Below are positions 55,995 through 64,000 of a stretch of DNA of 64,000 nt, piece after piece; within the stretch, counting starts at the first letter, position 1, and the number at the start of each line of letters is the position of its first letter. The stretch lies in assembly GCA_000004985.1 (NCBI GenBank), contig GG738920.1; one strand, given 5' to 3'. Position numbers and translations under genes: made by a program. Origin of the DNA: Naegleria gruberi (taxonomy: Eukaryota). The notes beneath the pieces are model-generated. The model was not told the origin of the DNA. It ran no database searches and worked only from the letters and a program-made list of their open reading frames with translations.

Positions 55995-57721
55995 TTATTG
56001 GAAGAGAGAAGAGTGGATCTTTTCATTATTGAGATACCAAACTTGATCTGGAATGTTGGAAGCCATTTCTGCCTTCTTGAGTTCCATATATTTTCTTCCT
56101 TGTTCGGTAGATAATAATTCAATCATGCCCTTCATGTATGATAATTCAATTTGAGCATCTGTTGATTTGATATAATTTTGAACTTCAATGTTAGCTTTGG
56201 TTGTTTCATAAGTGACTTGAGAATCAATCTTGGCTTCTTCAACCTTTTCAACTTGCAAGTTTTCATTTTCAATACCGATGAGTTCTTCACGTAATTTTTG
56301 AATTTCAGCTTCTGCCTTAAGTTGTTCCTTTTGAGCTTCTCTGGAGGCTTCAGTTTCCATCTTGTTACAGACAATTCGCATATTAGATTTGATAGATTGG
56401 TTCAAGAGATCATTGATTTGGTTATTAACAGGTGAGATTGATTTAACGTCGATTTCAGAGACTAATAATTTGATTTCATCAAAATAAATACCAAGAACGG
56501 ACTTTTCTTCGTTTCCAACATTGACTTTGGATTCATTGAAAAGGTGCTTTCGAATTAATGATACAGTTCCGCTGTGGAATTCTTCGAATGTGAAAAGAGC
56601 AGCAAGTTCTCTAACTCTTGACATGAGGGTAGCACAAATATATCCAATAAAGTCAAGCATTCTGAACATGACATGTGAATCTGATTCATCAACCAAAAAT
56701 TCCCACTTGTAAGTTAACAAAATGCTGAGTTCAGCATTGTCCTTTGTACTGACACGGAAAGAATCAGAAACGAAATCTGGACCTCTCATAATTTTGGCGG
56801 CCTTAATTTGTTTGATTTGTTTTGGCTTACCAGCAGACAACCAGAGACACTTAACGTGTTCCTCAGGTGAGAGAATGTATGAGGTTGGTCCATTGATAAT
56901 TCTTTCATTTCTTTCAGCATCCAAAACACAAACTACTTGTTTCTTTTCAAGACGAATAACAGTAGCCATATAATCCGAGCTAGTAGGTAATCCAAGAGCA
57001 GTCTTTTCCATATCAGTGTATTGCTTATAGTACAATTCTTCAGTTGCTTTCAAAATATAACATGCAGGTCCCTTAACTAACTTCTTTTCGGAAGTTTCAG
57101 TATCTTGAACATAAATACCTTCATTTTCATTGATCATGATGGCATTAACAGTTTTCATAACTTCAGTATCCTTATCTGGAATAAATCTGGCTGGTCCTTT
57201 AATTTGATAAACATCACCGGCCTAATTTAACAATAAAATAAATTGCTCAAATGATTACTAAGAATACAAACCTTCAAATCAACTTCCTTTCCATCAATTT
57301 CTATCTTCTTATCAACCAAACATCTCAATCTCAAAGCTTGGTTTGGTTTCAAAATATGAACATCAGTAATAGCTTCAATGACTTCATTTCTATGCAATGC
57401 CAAAGCCTTTGGTCCTTCAATAACACGACGTTCACCCATCAAGTTTCTTTCTTCCTCATAATCATATGGATTTTTAATAATAACATATTGTCCTTCCTAT
57501 TATCAGTGTAATTATTTAACAACAGCGATGATAATACAATGATGATGATCAACATGTTGTATTGTTGTGTGGTCACTTACCTTGATGATTGACAAATTTT
57601 GTGTATTAATGATGGCTTCATTGGCTCTCAAAGCAATACGTTTTGGACCAATTTCAATCTTGACAACACCCGAATCATTATCAAGAATGTGTACATAAGT
57701 ATTTGGATTTAGAACGTTCAT
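55995..57721 (-). CDS. MVP: major vault protein (MVP) homologue, short form, 3 exons, about 530 aa
   Basis: Exon 1 is 57581..57721 (ATG at 57719-57721). MNVLNPNTYVHILDNDSGVVKIEIGPKRIALRANEAIIN matches the MVP N-terminus [24 protein letters not shown]. Intron 1 is GTAAGT...AATAG at 57497..57580. Exon 2 is 57272..57496 and carries an MVP-repeat-like ERRVIEGPKALAL...NQALRLR. Intron 2 is GTTTGT...AATTAG at 57222..57271. Exon 3 is 55995..57221. ENEGIYVQD and the shoulder segment KCLWLSAGKPKQIKQIKAAKIMRGPDFVSDSFRVSTKDNAELSILLTYKWEF match human MVP ENEGIYVQD...[35 protein letters not shown]. The C-terminal coiled coil is short. Confidence 0.75.
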
Positions 57722-58155
57722 GATGATGATAATAGTACTTTGTTGTATGATACAAATTTAAAAAAGAATATATAACTGTGTTAGTGGCTATTGTCTTCCT
57801 GTTTTTTTCTCTAATGAAAAAACATTAATACTTGCAAGTGGCTTTTGATCAAAAAAAGTTCATAACAAGAAGAGATGTTCCGTGTGTTGGTTGTGTGGCA
57901 CAAATCTTCTTCACAGAGATGAACATATGAAAATATTTTTTTGGTCGGTACCTTTTTAGTACCTTACACAAAGATACAACAATGAACTTGTAAAGTTTTG
58001 CAAAACATGAAAGAGATCAAAATCATTTTGTTTTGGTTGAACAACATAGTAAGGTACCTACCAACACATTGAACTCTGTAAATTGATTGAATAATTGGGT
58101 GAGTATTACAATATGAGTTTACAAAGAGATATTTACTAATAATAACAAAAATAAA

Positions 58156-59242
58156 TTAAAGGGTGTCAAGAGCAACTCGTTCTTGTGTGAAACAGTCAAC
58201 TGGAGTGATAATGATTGGAGGAAGAAGTGATTTGATGGAAGAGTTAGAGCCTGCTTGGAAATCTTGTTGAGCAAGGTCTAATTGTTTGAGTTCTCGAAGA
58301 GAAGAACCTCTAATGAGATAGTCCTCTTTAGTGAGAGGTAGGGAATTTTGTTTTCTATAGTTGATGTAAGAGGTGAGAGCTTCCACTGATTTTACAAGTA
58401 ATTCCCTTCTCGAATCATACAAGACATATTCGTAATAATAACTAATTCCAAGAAGTTTGAGAGTATTTGGATCATTTGGTACATGTTTCAAATACGTTTC
58501 CAAATCCTTAATGCATCTATCGAGTCTCTTCAATTGATAATAGCACAATCCTCTATTGAAATAGCACTCGTAAAAATCTGGATGATTGGCTATTGCTTTA
58601 GAATAATCCTTGATAGCACTTGAATAATTGCTATCAAAGTAAAATAAATTTCCTCTCCTATAGAAAACCTCTGGATGGAATGGATTAATTTCCTTAGCTT
58701 TTTGCAAATCCTGATATGAATTGGTAATCACTCCTCTATAGATGAAGGACCATAGAATTTGCTTATCAATGGTAAATTCCTTGGTTGGTGGTTTTTTAGA
58801 AATTGCAATCACTTCCTTTCCCTTCTCTATAACTTTTGTGAAAAATTCTGTAGCTTCCTTGTACTTTTTCTGGTTGTATCCATCCACAGCAACATGAAAT
58901 ATCTTGGTTGTGTACAAGTGTTGATTGGAAAATACCTTCTCATGAATATCCGATAACAATCCATCCACCTTTTGTCCGTATCTCCGATATTGATTGCTAT
59001 TAATCCAACAATGATTAATAGTATTTACATTACATTTTACACTTTCTAATTGTGATAGACTATTCCGATGTTGTTGAATGGTGGAGTAATGATATGTACA
59101 ATGTAAATGATGATGATGATGAAGATTTTCCTTCAGGTTGTTGTTGTCCTATCAGTGTCCTATTATTATTCTTGTTGATGATAAAAGAACCAATGAAGTC
59201 TTTTATCCGAGGAGTAACAGCCGAAGAACAATGTTTTTGCAT
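58156..59242 (-). CDS. TPR-repeat protein; the tool ORF 58156..58968 lacks an ATG, and a probable 5' exon lies at 59100..59242
   Basis: TPR motifs are present, e.g. AIKDYSKAIANHPDFYECYFNRGLCYYQLKRLDRCIKDLETYLKHVPNDPN. The tool start at 58968 is GTG. The frame stays open upstream to about 59150 without an ATG. A candidate exon 1 is MQKHCSS...SSSSFT, with ATG at 59240-59242. It would join through a GTACAT...TTAATAG intron at about 58997..59099 (103 nt, phase 2) to NQYRRYGQKVDGLLSDIHEK... The 5' model is low confidence. Confidence 0.45.
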
Positions 59243-59868
59243 TTTTTTTTAATAATATTAAATTTTAGATTGTCATTTACAAACTTGGTCAACTCAACCA
59301 ATTATGATTATGGTCAAGGCTGAAAATTGAAAGTATACTCTGTGTCTATGATCTCCAGTTCGAATCTGTCCTATTAATCCAAAGTAAAAATTGGTATTTT
59401 TGAAGTAATTGAGCTTTTGAGTCAAATTCTGAGAATCAAAAGAAAGAAATTGGTTTCAAGTCAGATATAGAGTTATATATCTGTTTTTCTCAATCTATTT
59501 TGTCTGTTTTAGAATGTTGAAAAGGAATTTCTAACCAATTTTCTTGCACCAATTTTGAATTCTTAATAAAAGCTTCCAAGATGGAACTCATTTGAAGCCA
59601 ACAAATAACAATACATGGAACGTTCATACAGGTCACTATCCAGTATCCAACAACAGGTCCACAAATTAGAAAAACAATTCCACAGCAGCCCCTAAATCTT
59701 TCTTCCACTTTCCTTCCAATTAGAGTTGAAATCGAAGCTCAAACAAAGAAAAATTGTAAAAAAACTCCAAAAAATTTAAAAACAAAAAAAATTACATCGC
59801 GAAAATTCAAAATTTTTCTTCTTTTTTTGCTTCTAGTTGAGAATTGATCGGTCCGAGGCTTTTTTATA

Positions 59869-62800
59869 ATGTCGATGAATTATAATTCCTCCACTCCAAT
59901 GACGATTGGTAATGGTGAAGATCTTCAATTGTATCAATCAACATCGCCTATCGGTGCTGGTACAATGATGGCAAGTAATAGAAATTCCTATGTTGATGAT
60001 ACTTCGAGTCAAATTGCTATCAATGCCAATTTGCAACAAGATGTGCTTGCTGATAGAGTGAAAGTTAATATTCTTGTTAAAAGTAGAGCTATTGTACGTA
60101 TTTCATTACAAAAACCAATATTTACACTATTTAATAATACTATTTTACAATAATCTATTCCATCACAGTTATTGAAAACTCTTGCAGAAGAAAGACAAAG
60201 ATACTGTATTTGGATATTGATCATTGTCATGTCCATATTATTAACATTTGTTCCAAGTATTATTTCATTAATAATTACCTTGGTAACCATGGATCCAGAT
60301 GCAGGTCCAAAACTAATCAGAGTTGGACTTATTAATACTTATTCAAGAGATTCTATGTATGAAACAGCTTATACCAGTTTTTACAGTTCTTTACGTAAAG
60401 ACGGTTGCTGTAATAAGCGTGATGATTGGTCTGGTTATACTATAGAATGTCCAATTGCTGATTTTAATTTTCTATTGAGTTATCAACAGGGTACAAATGA
60501 AAATGTGTTGGGTTATGTTAATTTATATAATGAATCTGCAGGTTTACTTGATAGCGTTTATCATCCTTGTAAGTTTTTTAATTTTGAAAATTATTCAAGT
60601 ATTGATTGATTTACATTTTATTGATTTGATGTGATTAAATAGGTAATAGAGAAACACCTACTAGTTTATGTAAAACATCACCTACATTTATTAAGGATAA
60701 ATCAATTGATCCAAGTGAAATTTTAAAATCTAATTTCAAGTATAATGAAACTATTAAGAAATTTAATTCAATTATTAATGTAAAAAAGAGTGAAAATGTG
60801 AATTCTAATTTACAATTAAATTTAGAAATAACATCCTATTATAAGCAAGTTTATAATCAATTGATTTCATTAATTCTTAAAACAGTTATAGAATCATTGC
60901 CTGATAGTAATATAAATCCCATTACTCATACTACTTTAAGATTTAATAACGATCCTTCAACTAGTTCTCTTATGGCACTTGGTACTACTGACTTTATTCC
61001 ATTAATTACATTAGCCATTATTCCTATTTGCTTATCTTTATTATTCCCTGTTTTTATTGATAGTTTTGCACAGGATAGATCAGGTGGTATGATGGAAATT
61101 ATCGAATTGGTATGTTTACACATTCAAATTGTTATTTAATATTTAATTGTAAATTTAGTATGGTATTACAAGTACTTTACATGCAGTTGTTAAAACATGT
61201 TTCTTTTATGGTATTTATGTAATTTATGTTGTTGCTCAAATTGTAGTTGGTTTGGCATTCCAAAATCCCTTCTTTTTAAAGAATAAGTAAGTTGTTATTT
61301 CAATAATTTAAATTAATTGTTTTAATAATTAAATAGTGCAGGCATTTATATCACCGCATTACTAATTTGGGGTATTACCATCATTTCTATTGCTAATGTA
61401 ATCTCTGTATTTAAGGTTAAATCAGGATATTTTATTGGTTTTTGTTTGTTAATCTTTGGATTTTTAGGATCCATTGTTGCTATATTTGTATTCTCTAATG
61501 GAATAATGCCATATTATTTGTTATTAATTCCAAGTATTGCCTTTTTGAGAATCTTACTCTTGATGATTTTGCCAAGTATGTTAGTTCCTATTGAAGGAAA
61601 TTATGGTGAACAAGTGGTAATTGCCTATGCCTTCTTAATTGGAGTTACATTAATTATTGCATTGGCTGTACCAGTTGCAAATTTAGTAATCTTGTTATTT
61701 AAAAAATTATACAAATTATTGAAAGCTAAAAAATTATCACAAGAAACAATGAAATTGAAGGATAATTTCAATAAGAATTATTCCACAGATGCAGTAGCTA
61801 CACCACACGATGTTGATAAGGTTGCTGATGATACTGTTGAAAGAGAAGTTCAATACGTTTTAAACAATACAAATATGGAAAACAATGTCATTGAAGTTAG
61901 ACAATTGACTAAAAGATATGGATCAAAGGTTGCTGTCAACAATGTTACATTTTGTATCCCTAGAGGTATTTGCTTTGGTTTGTTGGGTAACAATGGTGCT
62001 GGTAAAACTACAACTGTTAATTGTATTCTTGGTTTGGAATTTCCATATGAAGGAATTTGTACTTGTATGTATATTTAATTATTTCCTAATTAATATTTAA
62101 TTTATAATAGTGTCTGGTAAAGATATTAACAGTACAGATAGCAATATTTTAGCTACCAGAATTGGGTGTGTTCATCAATTTGATAGATTTTTCGGTATTA
62201 CAGTTTTAGATCAATTGAAATTCTTTGCTGCTATTAAGGGAATTCCTAGAAAATTAATTGAAAAACATATTGATGAAATTTTGCAAGATGTTGGTTTGAC
62301 AGAAGCTAGAAGAAGAAATTGTAAAGATTTATCAGGTGGTATGCAAAGAAGATTATCTTTAGCTATTGCCATGATTGGTAAACCTGAATTATTAATTTTG
62401 GACGAAGTTACTGGTGGTATGTATTGAATAATATTATTGGAATATTTAACAATTTAAATTTAACTAATATAGGATTGGATCCATTGAGTGCACATGGTAT
62501 TCATATGATTTTAAAGAAATATATGGAAGATAAGAATAGAGCTATTTTGACATTGACTCACTCTATGGAAGAAACTGAAATTTTGTGTGATAAAGTTGGT
62601 ATTCTCGTTAATGGTGAAATGAAAACTATTGGAACACTTCACGAGTTAAAGACCAAGTATGGTAAAGGTTACAAGTTATACGTCCAAACATCAAGTACAG
62701 AATATAATGAAGTTGCTAGAAATTATGTTCAAACCTCATTGGTTGAAAATGGAATTCCACCTAATTTAATTTCACACAATGAAACTTTTGCAAACAGATT

Positions 62801-62987
62801 GGAATTTAGAATTGGTAATCATCAAAACGATAGCAAACAATTATTAGAAACTCTATTCAAAGTAATGACTAGAAAGGAAGCTAAGCATGCATTCATTGTC
62901 GATTGGACTTGTACAATGGCATCATTGGAAGAAGTTTTTATTAGAAAAGTTAAATGGCAATATGAAAATGATACTGTTCAACAATAA
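59869..62987 (+). CDS. ABC transporter, ABCA-like half transporter (TMD then NBD), 7 exons, about 922 aa
   Basis: Exons, +/-2 nt: 59869..60093, 60169..60568, 60643..61109, 61159..61286, 61337..62064, 62111..62416, 62473..62987. Introns are 46-75 nt (GTACGT/GTAAGT/GTATGT...YAG) and all phases close. Hydrophobic TM helices span exons 2-5. Walker A is [12 protein letters not shown]. The signature/C-loop is [17 protein letters not shown]. Walker B is [10 protein letters not shown], and splicing gives a D-loop reading GGLDPLS. The H-loop is [17 protein letters not shown] plus [10 protein letters not shown](L/V)AIA is ABCA-type. Confidence 0.8.
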
Positions 62988-63042
62988 ATTATTAAAATTA
63001 ATTGAACTCCACAAATCCAATATTATTTCTCAATTCAAAAGA

Positions 63043-63708
63043 TTATTCTGATTTTAATGATACAGTTTCTGGTTTCTTCAATAGTTTAATCAACAAGTAG
63101 ATTAAATAATGCAAAATTGATGCCAAAATGACAGCAAAAACACAGAAAATTCCAAATTCCAAGAATGACCAAGAAGCCATGAATGGATAAGGCCAATATC
63201 CCTTCATGTGTTTTGAAAGTCCAGTAAAACTGAGATAGGCCACTGGAATACACAATACCATATAGAATTTTCTCTTCCAAATTCCATGTAAAACATCACT
63301 TGTTGATCTAACAAGAATCAACTCTATCAACACCAAAATTCCAGGCACAGTATGATGTAAATGATTCAATCCATCAGGATAGTACATTCCCTTCGGAACC
63401 ATATTCTCAGGATCAAGCCAATAAATACTCCAAAACAAGGAAACTGTAGCGAGAGCCATCAATAAAGTCAAATGGAATAAATCATTTAATATACTATTTG
63501 ATGATCGTTGATTTTTTGTATTGCCACCAAACAAGCCTTCCAACAATGATAATCCGAAATAAATAACTTGAACACAACCAGTCCACAAGGTGAACATTTT
63601 CAAAATCATTGATAATGATAAAATTCCAATAAGATGCATCCAATAGAAGGCAGCTAATTGAGAGGAAATAGCCACGAAATGAAAAAGCAGGGTGAGTCCT
63701 TTAGCCAT
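63043..63708 (-). CDS. AIG1 / FAR-17a-family multi-pass membrane protein (221 aa)
   Basis: Real ATG at 63706-63708 and a TAA stop. DGLNHLHHTVPGILVLIELIL...YWPYPFM aligns with human AIG1 GWLNHGMHTTVLPFILIEM...MWVYPFL. Five to six predicted TMs. Confidence 0.6.
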   Translation of the reverse strand: MAKGLTLLFHFVAISSQLAAFYWMHLIGILSLSMILKMFTLWTGCVQVIYFGLSLLEGLFGGNTKNQRSSNSILNDLFHLTLLMALATVSLFWSIYWLDPENMVPKGMYYPDGLNHLHHTVPGILVLIELILVRSTSDVLHGIWKRKFYMVLCIPVAYLSFTGLSKHMKGYWPYPFMASWSFLEFGIFCVFAVILASILHYLIYLLIKLLKKPETVSLKSE

Positions 63709-63854
63709 TTTTTTATATTTGTTTTTCCGATCTCTTCCGACAAGAATTAGTGCGATTAATGCGATTCAAACTCCTTAATCAATATTCCCTTATTTATTGA
63801 TATGATGGATTAGTAGAGAATGGATGGTTTGCAGTATTTGAGTTATTAGAGGAA

Positions 63855-64000
63855 TTATTCTTCCTTCTTATCAGAAATTTCAGTAATTTCACTTGATGGA
63901 TTTACAGTTGAGTGTGGAAGCCAATCTGGAATTTTAACACCACCTTGTAATTGGATTCCTTCAAGCATTGGAGCAAAGGATTGAACCATCTTGATAATTG
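63855..64000 (-). CDS. 3' end of a gene whose 5' part lies beyond the window (partial)
   Basis: On the minus strand the frame is open from the window edge to TAA at about 63855-63857, reading ...IIKMVQSFAPMLEGIQLQGGVKIPDWLPHSTVNPSSEITEISDKKEE*. No family is assigned. Confidence 0.3.
   Translation of the reverse strand, partial: IIKMVQSFAPMLEGIQLQGGVKIPDWLPHSTVNPSSEITEISDKKEE

Noticed and set aside
19745-62987. Fungal-style secondary-metabolite cluster (Zn2Cys6 + P450 + ABC)
   Set aside because: The genes are 7-30 kb apart and interleaved with unrelated genes, and no PKS, NRPS, terpene-cyclase or other backbone enzyme is present.
1-64000. Prokaryotic interpretation (operons, CRISPR arrays, IS elements, defence islands)
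   Set aside because: No direct repeats with spacers, no inverted terminal repeats, no transposase or integrase ORFs and no co-oriented overlapping gene strings are present. Instead the window has consensus GT-AG introns, a eukaryotic-type tRNA-Asp with a Pol III T-run, signal peptides with N-glycosylation sites, and eukaryote-typical families (MVP, F-box, ankyrin, TRIM-like, P450 membrane anchor).

Overview
The window reads as AT-rich eukaryotic nuclear DNA, not a prokaryotic locus. About 30 protein-coding genes are packed densely on both strands. Many are interrupted by short spliceosomal introns of about 42-160 nt, with GTAAGT/GTATGT/GTACGT and several GTTTGT 5' sites and YAG 3' sites. Nearly all genes end in TAA. 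Several adjacent tool ORFs could be joined into in-frame multi-exon genes once introns were removed; the tool clearly uses GTG/TTG as starts, so many of its first residues are not real Met. Genes I recognise by sequence: an alpha-2-macroglobulin/TEP-family thioester protein (about 1976 aa) with a CSEQ thioester variant and a poly-cysteine segment where the bait region sits; a roughly 2570-aa, 12-exon secreted protein with about 10 NHL propeller blades, about 11 EGF-like six-cysteine repeats and a hydrophobic C-terminus; a RING-less B-box1/B-box2/coiled-coil/NHL (TRIM-NHL/Brat-like) protein; three Zn2Cys6 (GAL4-type) transcription factors, two of them in tandem; a receptor-like membrane protein with a catalytically degenerate nucleotidyl-cyclase homology domain; a short 3-exon major vault protein homologue; a 2-exon cytochrome P450; a 7-exon ABCA-like half transporter; an F-box/LRR protein with a C-terminal anchor; two paralogous ankyrin-like genes near the window ends; TPR proteins; an AIG1/FAR-17a-family membrane protein; and two identical tRNA-Asp(GTC) genes 35.7 kb apart. 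I saw no CRISPR array, IS element, transposon, rRNA or operon-like organisation. My lineage guess, an AT-rich protist possibly amoebozoan/dictyostelid-like, is inference only. Exon coordinates come from my own reading of splice signals and reading frames and should be treated as about +/-3 nt, especially near 23879-23940, where the ORF track and the printed sequence seemed to disagree by 2 nt.
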